Below, piece after piece: positions 41,578 to 54,965 of a stretch of DNA of 64,000 nucleotides. The stretch is from the NCBI RefSeq assembly GCF_009914755.1, contig NC_060946.1; one strand, written 5' to 3'. Position 1 is the first letter of the stretch, and every line of letters starts with the position of its first letter. The notes below the pieces were generated by a model. It did no database searches, was not told where the DNA came from, and worked only from the letters and a program-made list of their open reading frames with translations. A program made the translations under genes and the position numbers. This DNA comes from the human T2T-CHM13v2.0 reference genome, Homo sapiens.

Positions 41578-42142
41578 TGTCAGAATTTCAGCTTAGGGGG
41601 GCTTGCAATCGAGCGTCCAATTTTCCTAGAACTTATCTTTACCTTTCTTCTTTTTCCCTGTGTGTTCACCTCTTAGCTCTTCAGGAGTGCAATTATAACG
41701 TTTACCTCCTCTCCACCAGGCGCTCCCTGCACTGCAAGCATATCTAACTACAGGTCGATTTGTTTAGAAATTCTCAGGACAAAATGTTGAACCAAACCAG
41801 GCACCCTCTGGGATTCTCCCCCACCAGGAGATTACTTCAAGACAACGGTGAGTTTACAGCCTAGCTCTGTCCACCACGGCGCCCTCCAGACTACCCGACT
41901 GAGAAGACATACAAGCAAGTCAGGTGGACCCTGCACCTCCTCACTCCCTCCCCTGCATGCCTTTCACACCAAGTTCCCCTTTAAAGACCCCACTTTCCTC
42001 CTCGAAAGCTGAAGTGATTCCCTTAAGTCAGGAGCCTGTACTGTTTCCTCTTAACCAAGCTCTGGAATAAAGTCACTTTCTTTCTACTAGACCTCGTTCT
42101 GTTCATTGGATTCTGCAAGAGGCTGGACTTGTGTTCGGTTAC
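41578..42142 (+). mobile_element. ERVL-class solo LTR (LTR47/MER74-like)
   Basis: TTTAAA box, GGAATAAAGTCACTTTCTTT and terminal TTCGGTTAC; left boundary uncertain. Confidence 0.65.
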
Positions 42143-42893
42143 GGCCTGATTTGAGAGCCCATCTCGAACCTCCGTGCTGCACAGGAAGGGAAGAATGTGA
42201 CATGGACTCATTCTCAGCCCAGGACCTGGTGACAATTCAGTCTCTGGCCTTGGAGACGCTGTCTGCAGGTGCGGACAGTGCCATTAGGCTGGTAAAGGTT
42301 GGGACAGAGGGAGCCCAGGGGCTGAGGGAAGAGGGACAGAAAATCAGAGGAGGCTTGGAGAGGAGGTCCAGGTGATGGTCGAAGCCTTTGCTTGGTTTCC
42401 CCGGGAATGGTAAGCTCACTCCTTTACAGGCCATTCCCTTTTAAGCTGCTCAGTTCCCTGGAAAACTTAAAATGCAGAGCCAAACGCTTGCCTGTAGGCC
42501 ACAGTCTGGCCTTCTTGGCCTGTGGTGGCCCTTCAGGGATAAGGGTGGCAGCAGCCATGCCCCTCCTCACTCCTTTTTGCTGCTGCAGGCTGACATGGAA
42601 AAGAGGTTGTCCATTCTGGGGTGGGGGCAGCGCCACTCCTGACTTTGGCCGAGGCCTCCCCATGGTTGCCCCTGCATGGCAGTCTTTGCATTCCCCAGAG
42701 TGGTTTCTCTGGAGGGCAATGTGGCTTCGGTCACTCCCTGGGGATACATCTCTGTTTGGGGATGACAAGCACAAAATTCAGGCTGGTGGACCCGGGAGGG
42801 AAGGGGTGCCACTGGGGCATGCTGAGGGCCTCTATGGCATTGACGCAGCTCTATTTCTTGTGCCAGTGGTGAGAATGTGGTGTTTGCTTCATT

Positions 42894-42897
<4 letters not shown>

Positions 42898-42949
<52 letters not shown>
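42898..42949. repeat. (TA)n microsatellite, about 25 units
   Basis: Direct inspection. Confidence 0.98.
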
Positions 42950-42950
<1 letters not shown>

Positions 42951-43309
42951 TATATGGATTCTCTTGCAGAAAATTAAATATTTCAAAATCAATGACTTTT
43001 TTAAAAAAAAAATTCTACTTATAGCTTCTTCGAGGGTAAAGTTTTGACGCCTTAGCTGGGCCTCAGGGCCTCTTAACAGAACTGTTACTTTCGGTTTTGT
43101 GGTCTCCACTCCAAAGTACTCTCTTTCCAGAAAGCCCAGTGTGCTCTTCACACTACTGGGAATACCCTCCCCTATCTCCACTTAGAAAACTCCTACACAT
43201 CCTTCAAGACCTCACTCACTGGGTGCCCCTTCTGTGCAGCTTGTCTGACTCCCACAGGCCTTTTGTAACACCCTGTACCACACAGCACTGCAGAGTCCCA
43301 TGGTAGAGA

Positions 43310-43410
43310 TGACCATGGCCTCAATGTCAGACAAGCCCGGGTTCAGGTCCCGGCTCTGCCCCTCAGAAGCTGTGTGACCCTGGGTGAGTCATTAACCTCT
43401 CTGGGCCTTA
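43310..43410 (+). mobile_element. MIR fragment
   Basis: GGGTTCAGGTCCCGGCTCTGCC...AGCTGTGTGACCCTGGG. Confidence 0.8.
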
Positions 43411-44254
43411 TACCACTCTAGGCCATCCTCACTGCTGCCCAGTGGGGCTATCGCTCCTGTGGACACAGCCCAGCTCATCAGCCCACAGTAGCCCCGGGAA
43501 TGCTTCCTCATTGCACAGCCTTCTGGAAGGAATCTTTGGCAAATGTCAACTCTTGTTCTGCTCTCACGGCAAACACGCCTTGGTCACATACCTGTGAGTG
43601 CAGGAAACTGTTCCTGTGTGGCCACTGACTCCTGCCACGGAGAGCACTCGCCTGCCCTGATGCGGGGGTCATGTGTCCTCCTAGGCACTCTGCAGGTCAT
43701 CTTGCCCCTCATGGCCAGTTCTGTGGACCCCAGGCTCAGGCCCACCAGTGCTCCCCTCACTCAGTGGCAACTTGTGGCCCCTCACACTAGGCCTTCCATA
43801 AGCTGGAACTATAGCACCTTCGGCCAGGGCCTGGGCTGGGGGCTCAGAACTGAGTCAGGTGTGGGCCCTGCCCTTGAGGGCTCGAAGCGGGTAGGGGAGC
43901 CACACCAGGACCCTGAAACAAGAGCAGCAGACCCACACTGTGTCAGCGGCGAGTGTCTGGCAGTCTTGGGGTCCTGGCCAGGGTGGGAATTGGGGGAAAA
44001 GTTCTTGGGAGCAGCCACAGAGCTGGGCCCTGGACAAGGCTTGTTGGGACGACAGGGAGGGCACTCCAGGCGGACGGAACAGCCTCAGCCAAGGTCATTC
44101 AGAGGATCACAAGGAGCATGGCTGTCATGGCACAAGATGCTCCTGGCAGGGGTGAGTCTGCAGAGGCGGCAGCCACAAAGCCTTCATCTGCCAGGAGAAG
44201 GTGTCTGGACCTGATCCCAAAGTTGTGGGGAGTCGACATGGAAGATCATGCCTA

Positions 44255-44480
44255 ATTCTCATAGCAGCAAGATTAGGGCTGCAGGGTACTGATTATCTCT
44301 TCTGTGCCGGGCACTGTGCCAAGCACCTCCCATGCGTGTGGAGCCTCAGTTCTCTCAGCAGCCTCAGGGGTGGGGACCACTAGTCCCTGCAACTTGCTGA
44401 TGAGGAAAATGAGGCTCAGAGAGACAATGTCACTAGCCCAGAACTGCATATCTAGCTAGCAGTGGAGCTTGGCCTGTGCT
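44255..44480 (-). mobile_element. MIR
   Basis: TGTGCCGGGCACTGTGC...GATGAGGAAAATGAGGCTCAGAGA. Confidence 0.75.
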
Positions 44481-44858
44481 GCTGACCGCAGGGCCACACG
44501 GCCAGCCCCTCTCGTCTGGGGCAGTGGCCTGGGCAGGCTGGGGAGTAGCAGGCTGCCCTGCTGGCCCTAGTGGCCCTGGCGAGAGAGGAGCTGAGCCTGG
44601 AACCAGGAGCAGGGCCCACGGGGTGAGGAGGGTCTGCAGCTGGCAGGCCTGGTGGGCTGGTGCCTGCAACCTAAGTGGGAAGATAACAGAGCACCTGGTA
44701 ATTTGAATAACAATGAAAGCTTCCAGAATGTGGAACATCTGTGACAATAACCCTTCCCGCAGACGAAAGCAGAGGAGTCATGAGGCACAACACGCCTCAT
44801 TCCAGGTGAACTGGAGACAATGTGTTCCCCAGCAGCAGCAACAGCTTCTGTTAGTTAG

Positions 44859-45220
<362 letters not shown>

Positions 45221-45334
45221 GCCTTCACATATTTTTCTAAGGGATTCTCACAGGGACCTGAAAGGGGGAGATGCTATTAATCCTACTTTGTAAATGTGTC
45301 CCTGCAGACAGTACAGGGACATCAAGGAACCTAT

Positions 45335-45789
45335 CTGGGGCAAGATGGCCATCCCAAGGAACACTGCCTCAACAAGGAGAAAGAGACTCTGCTGACGCGA
45401 TGGAGTTGAGGGTTTTGGGAGAGAGAGATGAGCCTAGATTAACTGGCTGGGCCTGATGCCATCACAGGGTCCTAAGTGAGGAAGGCAGCAGGCTCAGAGT
45501 CAGTGGAGGGGATGTGGCCATGGGAGCAGAGGTTGGAGAGATGTCCTTGCATCTGGAAGGGGCCACAAGCCGAGGAATGTGGGCACCTCTGGGAACTGGA
45601 GCAGACAAGGAAACAGACTCACCCCCGTGGCCTCCAGCAGGGCCCCGTGCTGCTGATGCCTTGACATGAAGTGTTCATGAGTCTCCTTTCCAACTGCTGT
45701 CCTCTGGATCTGTACAAGACTAAATCCGTGTTGCTTTAAGCTACTGCATTTGTGATAGTTTATTACAGCAGCTACGGGACACTCACACA
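45335..45789 (+). mobile_element. MLT1D-like MaLR LTR
   Basis: GGAAGGGGCCACAAGCCGAGGAATGTGGG...TGTTGCTTTAAGC...TTACAGCAGC. Confidence 0.85.
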
Positions 45790-46523
45790 ATACCCAAGAG
45801 AGATGTGTGCATTCACTTCACCAAGAGACGTGGATGTGAAGGTTCATAGCAGCTTTACTGATGACGGCCGGAAGGTGGAAACAACCCAAGTTTCCTCAAA
45901 AGGTGATGGAGAAACACAGTGTGGTGCGTCCACACAATGCAAAGGGCACAGATCCAGGCTGGGGCCAAGATGGGAACCTTCATCTTTTGCTTCCTGGCCC
46001 AGAGTGCTCTGCCCCAGCACCTGCCTTGTCAAAGCCCTGGTGGACCCATGGGATTGCCCAGTTCTTGCACCTTCACTGGGAGGAAAGCAGAGTAGATGAC
46101 TCCATTTTACAGTTGCGTAAAGTGAGGCTCAGAGCCATGCTGCCCAGGGAGGAGCTGAAGAGAGACCCGAGGCCTGCTGGGGACCAGATCTTCTCAATGG
46201 TGGTTCCTTTTGGCAGCCTCTCTCCAAGCCCAGTGCAGAGCCTGGCATATGGGAGAGCTTTATGGGAGAGTTTGCTGAATAAATGACAGAGAGCAGGTGT
46301 GGTGTGAGCTCTGGTGGCTGGACATACCTTCCCATCCCCTGCAAACCTGTCCTCCTTGCAGGGTCCAATGTGCAGGGGTTTGGGGCACAGGTGGGGTGTC
46401 CTGACGGATGTAGTCACTCTCAGGGGATGTCAGTCCATGGGGCACCTCGGGCATGGCATGGGAGGCCTCTAATGTGGCCCAAGATGTTTAACCAGAGTCC
46501 TACAGGCCCCAGCCTGAATTGGA

Positions 46524-46820
46524 CCCAGCAGTTCACAAGCTGTGTGACCTTGGGTGAGGTCCCCAACACACACACAAGAGCCCCAGCAATTCACAAGCCG
46601 TGTGATCTTGGACGAGGTCCCCAACACACACACCACAGCCCCCAGCAATTCACAAGCCATGTGACCTTGGACGAGGTCCCCAACACACACACCAGAGGCC
46701 CCAGCAATTCACAAGCCACGTGATCTTGGGCGAGGTCCCCAACACATACACCAGAGCCCCCAGCAATTCACAAGCCACGTGACCTTGGACAACGTCCCCA
46801 ACACACACCAGAGCCCCCAA
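46524..46820. repeat. 59-bp minisatellite x5 inside a MIR
   Basis: Unit CCCAGCAATTCACAAGCCA(C/T)GTGACCTTGGACGAGGTCCCCAACACACACACCAGAGCC. Confidence 0.95.
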
Positions 46821-46965
46821 AACACAACCAGATCCCTTAACACACACACAACAGAGACCCCAACACACACACACCAGAGTGTTGACTTTTCCCTTCTGCT
46901 CTCAGTCCCCCCATCTGTAAAATGCGGCTGCTCACAGCCCCCTACTCTGATTCTACATTGAGGCC

Positions 46966-47527
46966 TGTGGTACGCAGCCCTAAGATGGCCTCCAAAGAAT
47001 CTACCTTCAGCTACTCACACCCTCCCCTTTGGTACCAAGGGAGACCAAAGGATGGGGACGGAGGCAAGTGGCTCGCTTGTAACAAATGGGTAGAAGTGAC
47101 AGGGATGGGATGTCCCTTCCAAGGTTAGGCTCCAAAAAGACTGTGGGTTCCACCGGGCTCTGCACCTTGAACTCTCTCTCCCAGAGCCCTCTTTTTGGGC
47201 AGTCAGCTGTCATGCCATGAGCTACCCTGTGGAGAGGCCCACCTGGTGAGCAACTGACACCCCCAGCCAACACCTGAACCCGCTACCAGCCACCTGAGTG
47301 AGCTGAGAGGTGTATCCTCTCCAGCACAGCCTTGAGATAACCAGTCTCAGCCAATGCTTTGATTGCAGCCTCCTGAGAGACCCCCAAGCCAGGAGACTCC
47401 AAGCCAGGAGACCTAGTGAAGCCACACCCTGACTCACACCTTTCTGACTCACAGAAAGGGTTAAATAAATGTTTTAAGCTGCTGACTTGTGGGGTAACTT
47501 GTTACACAGCACTAACTAGCTAATACA
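46966..47527 (+). mobile_element. MLT1F-like MaLR solo LTR
   Basis: TGTGGTA...CTAAGATGGCC; TGGAGAGGCCCAC; GCTAATACA end; TSD AGGCC/AGGCT. Confidence 0.88.
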
Positions 47528-48224
47528 AGGCTTCACAGCAGAGCTAGAGATTCTGGGAGAGGGAGGATCTTGCAGATTGTGCATCTGGACATCCCTCTAC
47601 TCTATCCTCAGGGAATGAGCCTCTGACCTCAGCTTGCACACCCCAGCGATGGGGAGCTCCCTGCTTACTGAGGCCAGCAAATCTGCTGTAGAGCCAGGCT
47701 GCCTGGGAAGGTCTTCCCTCTGCCTCCTGCTTCCTCTTCCTACTGGTGCCAGTAAGCCTCTGGGGGTTCCCTGGCACCAGTCCCATCCTTCAGGGATGTG
47801 TGGGTTCCCCCAGAGTGAGCTGGTGTCTGGATCAGGCTTCTCTGCATCACAGCTTCATCCCCTTCTCTGCTTCAGGGGAGAGTTGCTGGGAGGCAAGTGA
47901 GGGCTCAGACCCAGCCTTGCCATTCAGTGTGCACCTGGCAGAGAGGACCCCAGGATGTACCAGTCTTCACTCAGCCTTAGCTCCAAGTCACCATCTCCAC
48001 CCACCTCAGTTTACTCATCTGCTACATGTGAGGACATGAGACAGTACATGTAACAACGCTTGGCACACAGAAAGCACTCAAGAAATGTATATCCTATTGA
48101 GTCGGGAGAAAACATATTCAAAGCAGGGCTGCGGAGATGCTTAAGGGAATTTTTATTTTGTCTTCAGCAAAATATCTTGATGGGCCACCTAGATGGATGG
48201 GGATGGGGAGTGGACGAGGCAGTG

Positions 48225-48375
48225 GGGTGTGTTTGTGTGTGTTTGTCGGAGGGCTTGTTGTTTGTTGGGGGGCTGTGTGTGTGTTGGGGGGTTGTGTGTG
48301 TGGGGCTGTGTGTGTGTTGGGCTGTGTGTGTGTCTGTTGGGGGCTCTGGTGTATGTGTGTGTTGGGGGCTTTGGG

Positions 48376-48410
<35 letters not shown>

Positions 48411-48468
48411 GGAGGGCTCTGGTGTGTATGTGTGTGTTGGAGGCTCTGGTGTGTGTGTTGGGGGGCCA
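48225..48468. repeat. Complex (TG)/(GGG) repeat
   Basis: Units like GGGCTCTGGTGTGTGTGTTGG plus a pure (TG)n run. Confidence 0.9.
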
Positions 48469-50934
48469 GGGCACATTGTAGGTGCTCTGGGAGAGCCTCT
48501 CCCTGGCTGTTTGACTTTGGACACATGCTGTGGCCTCTCTGAGCCTGAGTTTCTGACAAAATGGCAAGAAAAACGCCACTGGCGAGGTGGTGCACAGGGG
48601 AAATGGCCGTGCTCTGCAAACTCCCTCATACCCCACTCAGCTCCACGCCCGTCAGCTCCCCTGGTCTCCAGGAAAAACCAAAATGAAGATCCTGCTTGAG
48701 GGCGATGAGAATTATTTTGTGCTTTATAGGGCGCCACATAATCTAAATAATGAAACATGGAACCTTTCTTTGCTTCAGAAAGAAGCTGGCGGGCATCCCA
48801 GCTATGTAAAAGGCAGGCAGTGGGGTGGGGATGACAAAGCTATTTGGTGCCAGCTATGCCCAGCGGCTTCTGGCAGACAGGACGGTGCCTGGTATGTTGT
48901 TGGAGCCCACGGATTGCACCTGGGATGGGGACGTGGGCACTGCAGGCAGGGGACATCGCAGGAGCGACAGGCAGAGGGCAGGGCACGCAGCCCACATCCG
49001 AGGCCAGGTCCCATGCCCCTCAGCTGTCCTGATCCTCTCGCGGCTTCCAGACCCCATTTGCCCTGGAGTTCTTCCTGCCACAGGTGGGAGCGCCTCCTCC
49101 CCAGGCCCATTGCAGTGGTCTCTCGGGGCATCTCAAACTCAAAACACTCCATGCTGCTGAGACCAAAGCCACAGCCGCTCCAAGGTCCCCATCTTGGAAA
49201 ATCTCCCAGGCTACTCAGCCCAGGTTCCCAGACATCCTCCTTGGACCCCCACCTCCTTCTCAGCCCCCACCCCAGGCCCTGGCCAATCTCACGGACTCCA
49301 CTCCCTGGTGCCGGCCCCTCCCCACCACCACCCTCAGCCAAGCCACAGACATGGCTGCAGCTCGTGGGAGAGCGGCAGCCTCTCTGGTAGACCCCCAGCT
49401 GCCTTCCCAAAGGCAAATGCGTCCTGTCACTCTCCTCGAGGGCACCCCTGTCCCTGGACCGAGAAGCCCACATCTTACCATGGCCCTGCACAGTCAGACC
49501 TACCTGCATCTCCCACCTGTCCCCTCCTGCGCTTCCTTCCTCCCCCACACTCATGCCACCTGGCTGCTCTTCTGATGGATTGATGTGCAGCTGTCTCTGC
49601 CTCAGTGCCTCTGCACGTGCTATTTCCAGTGCCCGGACCACTCCCCACTTCCTCCCCTGGTCTCTTCCAACTCCGACAGACTCATTCCTTTCCATCCTAC
49701 AGATCCCAGCTGCCCAGAGAGGCAGGGCCAGGCCATGGAAGGCTGTGGATGCCCAGCTGAGGGCCTGTCCTTATCCTGCAGGCCCTCTGGGAGTCTCCGA
49801 AGGGCTGGGAGCCTCTGCAGAGACACGGCCGGAGGCTGCCCTGGCTTTGGGAGTGGGGTCAACAGGGAGCTGTGTTGGGGGACCTTTGGGGGCTTCCATT
49901 ATTCACAACCCGCTTGTAGCCTTCCTTCCTGTCACTTTACCCTCCTGATGTTCGGTCACTTCTCAGGGAACTTAGGGCCTTTATACATCCCCATGGTAAA
50001 GGTTAATTTTTAATGCTGCTTTGGTAAATATTTGATGCCACTGCTTTAATGGGAGGAGGCATTAGACATTAAATGCCACAAAGTGCTCTGAGATGCTGTC
50101 CTTTTCATCGACAGCCTCTGTCCATAACTCCTCCTGCCTCCCGCTCTACGAAAATAAAGACTCTTTCTCCTTTGCCTCCTGCTATGAATTTTTCAAAGCG
50201 TTTTTCAAATCCCTTCTTGCCCCTGGTCAGCACCTCCATTAGCCAGATAGAAGGTCAAAGAGGTTTTAAGCTGAAAGATGACTTAGAAGGCGCAGTCCCT
50301 TCCCTCATTTTACACAAGGGGAAAGTGAGGCTGAGGAGGGACACGGCCTGCCTGAGGTTAAACAGCGAGGCTGTGGGTGAGGGAGTGGAACGAGGTGCCG
50401 GGACTCCCAGCCCAGGGTTCTGCTCTGCACCAGCACCCCCCAGAAGACTCAGTCCAGTGGAAACAGGCCACGGAGCTCTCTGACTGTGCTGCAAGTGGGC
50501 AGCAGGGAGAGGGTGTTTTAGAGGATGGGGAGAGGCCTCGGGAAGGAGCGTGACCTCAGCGACGTTTTGAGGAATGAGGAGGAGCTCGCCAAGGGGCTGG
50601 GGTGGGGAAACCTGTGAGGTGAATGGGTGTGGGTAAGCACCTGGGGGCAGGGATGGGGACTGATCCACTCTGTATCCCCAGTCCTGGCCTGGGGCCCAGC
50701 CTTGGCCCATGCTTTTTAATCCTTGTGAAATGAATATGTCCTTTGCCTCCAGGGCTGTGTGCACTGTGGCCTTGATCATCGGCTCTTGGTTCCATGGGCC
50801 CTGGCACCCTTGCATCTCTGTGCTTCCTTCATCCCGGGCTCCGACCTGACCAGCTTCCATGCATTCTGCACTCCTGGCCTGTCCCTGATGCTGGGGCTGC
50901 TTCCCCGACGTCCTTTCTACTGCCCGGGACAGTA

Positions 50935-51620
50935 AACATCCACAATACACACACGCACAGCATGCCACACAGACACCCACAATACACATAAACACACATA
51001 CCATGCCACACAGATCCACACAATATCACATACATATGCCATACAGACCCTCACAATATATACACACACACCACGCCACACAGACCCTCACAATATATAC
51101 ACACACGCCACACAGACACCCACAACACACATACACACACCCCATGCCACACACCATACTGCACAGACACCCACAATATACACATACACACACCATGTCA
51201 CACAGATGCAGAGTACATATGCACACACACCATGACACACAGACACCCACACAATACACACACACACCATGCCACAGACAGAAGACACACACACACCATG
51301 CCACACAGACGCCCACAACACGCGCACACACACACACACACACTCCATGCCACACCATGCTGCAGACCCACACAATATACACACACACCATGCCACAGAT
51401 ACAACACTACACACACTACACCATGCCAGATACCACACCATACACACACACACGCCACACAGACCCACACAATATACACACACATGCCACAAACAACACA
51501 CACACAATGTCACATAGACCCACACAATATACACACACCAAGCCACACACTCACAACACATACACACACCCATGCCACACAGACATCACACAATGCACAC
51601 ACCATGCCACACAGACTCCT
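50935..51620. repeat. Degenerate CA-rich minisatellite, unit ~35 bp
   Basis: Recurrent CACACACCATGCCACACAGACACCCACAATA. Confidence 0.93.
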
Positions 51621-52262
51621 GCTCACTTCTTACCTGTCCTAGCCCCTCAGGACCCACCTCTGCCCTCTCCGCCTCTCCCCTGGTGCTGGCGTCCCATGGT
51701 GGTAACGATGCACCACCCTGTGCCCAGCTCCGCCCCTCCAGCACTGTCCTTCCTGGTCAGCAGCAACACCACGTGTCTCTTGGGTCAGACCTCTGAGTTG
51801 TCCTTGTCCTCAGTGTGCCCCTCCAACATCCAATTCCTTTGTGGGTCCTGCCTGCACTACCTCCAAAATACTGCTTTGTGTCCCCCCACTGCCTCGGGCA
51901 CAGTGATAGCCTCCCCCTGGGCCTCCCTGCCTCCATTCCTGCTGGTTGGCTGCTGTCAGCTGCGTGGCAGTGGCCTCTCGCCAAAACCCCACCTGACGAA
52001 GTCTCCACACTTCGCTGGCTCCATATTTCCCTTAAACGAATGGAACCACTCTCTCCTATCTCGACAACCCTGCAGACTTGAGTCCCGAATCTCCCTCCCT
52101 CTTGGATGCCGTCAACGTTGAGATGTCCCACAGACTGACTCATGGCTTTGGGGAGGAGGTAAGCGGCACTCCAGTAAGTGTACACATTGATCAGGGGACA
52201 CATCTGGGCTCAAGGCCCTGTGGGGTGACAAGGACGTGTCCCTTAGAAACATAAGTGACAAC

Positions 52263-52757
52263 AGTATTGGTCAGAGTCCAGGCAGGGACACAGCAGCCAT
52301 GGCTGTCATGGAATAGGGCATTTATGATAGGGACTTGAGTTTCCACACTTGTGGGAGGAGCTGGGCAGTGAAGGTCCAGAGGGGGACCTTGGAGGCTTAC
52401 AGAAGGGACACTCAGCAGTGCCGGGCAGGGAGGCATCAGGGCCAGCTCGCATGGAGGCTGAAGCCAGGCCCATCCTGCCTCTGTGAGACCACAGAGAGGG
52501 TCACAGGGATCTGCCAGCCTAGGGTGGATGGTCGGAAAGAAGAGCCGGACACAGACGGAAAACCCAAGGACGCTGGGGGCCCTGGTGCACCCCTGCAGCT
52601 GTGCTTCCCTGGCTCTGCCCAGTGAGACCACCAGCACCACTGACGGCTGCTTCCACCTCCCAAGTCTCAGACAGCTCAAGCCAGCTCACCGGGAAGCAGA
52701 TCCTGGGATACAACGAGCCCAGAGCAGCCAGGCTGGCAACAGAACCACGTAGCACAG
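52263..52757 (-). mobile_element. LTR41-like ERVL LTR
   Basis: TTGTGGGAGGAGCTGGGCAGTGAAGGTCC; GTCGGAAAGAAGAGCCGGAC; GATCCTGGGA end motif. Confidence 0.6.
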
Positions 52758-52899
52758 TATCTCCTTCTTCTTGTCTGGCTAGAGAAGCTGTGAGTAAGCC
52801 CTGAGCAACCTCAAACAAGGGGTAGGTGAAGGAGGCACACTTAGCAGGGACCTCTTTCCCCACTCAGAGTGGATAGAGACAAGAAAAGAGGATAGATTT

Positions 52900-53110
52900 T
52901 GGGGGTTCTTCCTATGAGTGGGGTACTGAGCTAGGCCCTCCCCACATCCCCTTTGATTTCATCCCCATGATCCCCTTGCCAGGTGGAGCTCATTTACTCC
53001 CTGTGCCTATATCCACATGACAGCCCAGAGAGGTGATGCAACTTGCCCAAGGACACACAGCTGGGCAGCACAGAGTCCAGTCCAAGCCCAGCCCAGGCAG
53101 CTCCAGAGCC
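52900..53110 (-). mobile_element. MIR
   Basis: CCCAGAGAGGTGATGCAACTTGCCCAAGGACACACAGCT. Confidence 0.75.
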
Positions 53111-54685
53111 CATTGTTCCTGCCTGCCCCCACCTGCAGCACCCAGCTATTCCTGAAGCCATAGGCCCCAGCACACAGGGTGTGACAGGCTCAGTCCCAGA
53201 GCTCACAGCTGAAGCAATCAGTTGACAAGTGCCCCTCTCCCCCAGCACCCTCTGGGGCACCTTAGAAGCTACAGGAAGTCCAAGCTGGAGGGTGCTTAGG
53301 AGGAACAGGGAGTGAGCACCCTCCAGCCCATGGGCAAAACTCAGTTTCCATCATTCTGATGGGAGCCAAAATGCCCATGTTGGGAGACATTTGCCAACAA
53401 GCATCTATTCTTGGAAGGAAATATTTTAGCAGTTAAGACCAGGGTTTTAATAGCAGGGGAAATAAAGTAGAATCCATGGTCCTCCCTGACCCATGTCGAT
53501 GGAGATAAATTCCTTCTCCACTCGCTCTGCCCTGCAAAGCCTAATCTGGGAGCCGGGCCTATTAAGGGCCCCTGAACTAAATTGGTTTTTTGGGAACATT
53601 ACTGCCACCGGCCCAACCACACTTCTCTCTGTAGGGTGATCTCGCTTCTTCCATATTACTCTTGCTGCAGCCCGGAGGGTGATTATGTGGAATTCCTGTC
53701 AAATCAACATAAAGGAGCATCCTCTGAGCTGGAGGCGTATTCACGAGCCCCCAGATTCGCCTGGGCCTTTGTGGAAGTGTCCTTTTGTTAATTACTCACG
53801 CAAGCTGGCATCTTTGTTTGCACAGTAGTTGCTGCGTTAGGGCATTTTAATTAAGATTCCAAACTAAAGATTCCAAACTGGCTGGGTGAAGCCGTGTGGG
53901 TCTCTCCCGGGGCAGGATTATAGGAGCCACCTCTGAGGAGGGGGCTTCTATAAGATGCCTGCTGCAGGTAGCACGTCCCCAGAAACAGGTGTGTCATGTT
54001 GCCAAGCTCCTAATGGGAGCAGTTGCCTTTCTCCCAACAGCTGCACCCTGGGCCCAGAGACACACAATCTCCATCTGAACTCCAGATAGCTGTGCTAGGT
54101 CTAGTTCATTCCAGAAGTGTGTCTTCAAAATGACTTCCAAAAACCTTCCCTAAGGAATATTCACCCTTTGGCTGAAGACATTGATTTTTCCAAGCAAAGC
54201 CAGGGCAGGGTCAGAATGGATTTTCTACACATCACTGGACAGAGTTCCTTAAGAGCAGGGGCCCGGCCTTTTTCATCTTTCTGTTCCCAGCACTTAACAC
54301 GGGGCATGGCCTGCAGCCAGCCCTCAATAAATGCTTGCTGAATAAATGAGTAAATTAATCTTGTCTGGGCTGCATCCATGCAACAAACACGGATTGTTCC
54401 AGAGACAGAAAGGGACAGGGCTGGAGGCTTTGAAAGAGGATGCCCAAGACGTTTCCTTGGGGGGGACTAAATACCCAGATGTGTGGCACAGACCAGTCTT
54501 TCTGCCTCCTCATCTGCCCTGCTTTCTTTGCCTGGGGAAGGGCCAGGAGCTGCAAAGGGCCGATGAATTGGCCTCCCAGGACCACCTTGCCCCTTGTCCT
54601 GGCTACCATTGCCCTGGGTGCCTGTCTGTGGGTGTCCCTGGAAACACTAGATTGCTGTTTCATGTGCACATAAGAAACACATTGG

Positions 54686-54965
54686 CTGTAATCCCAGAAC
54701 TTTGGGAGGCCGAGGCAGGCGGATTGCCTGGGCTTAGGAGTTCAAGTCCAGCCTGGGCAACGTGGCAAAACTCTGTCTCTACTAAAAATACAGAAAGTTA
54801 GCTGGGCATGGTGGCACATGCCTGTAGTCCCAGCTACTCAGGAGGCTAATCAGGAGAATCGCTTGAACCCCAGAGGCGGAGGTTGCTGTGAGCTGAGATC
54901 GCACCACTGCACTCCAGCCTGGGCAACAGAGCAAGACTCTGTCTCCAAAAAAAAAACAAAAAAAA
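54686..54965 (+). mobile_element. Alu, 5'-truncated by about 20 bp
   Basis: TSD CACATTGGCT. Confidence 0.95.

Noticed and set aside
46524-46820. CRISPR-like periodicity (also 37927-38177)
   Set aside because: The spacers are copies of each other, there are no cas genes and the context is eukaryotic; these are minisatellites
48587-49695. Overlapping 267-aa (+) and 297-aa (-) ORFs
   Set aside because: GC-rich, Pro/Gly/Trp-biased, overlap L2 remnants, no domain
50255-51019. 254-aa minus-strand ORF
   Set aside because: Starts in the TG repeat, ends in MIR-derived sequence and has no recognisable domain; at most a lncRNA ORF
51003-52121. Longest ORF (372 aa, His/Thr-rich) and its antisense Cys/Val ORFs
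   Set aside because: Translation of a CA-rich minisatellite that lacks stop codons, running into L2-like sequence
52165-52206. Peptide GTPVSVHIDQGTHL resembling a retroviral integrase motif
   Set aside because: Only 14 codons, no flanking similarity seen, and on the opposite strand to the neighbouring LTR
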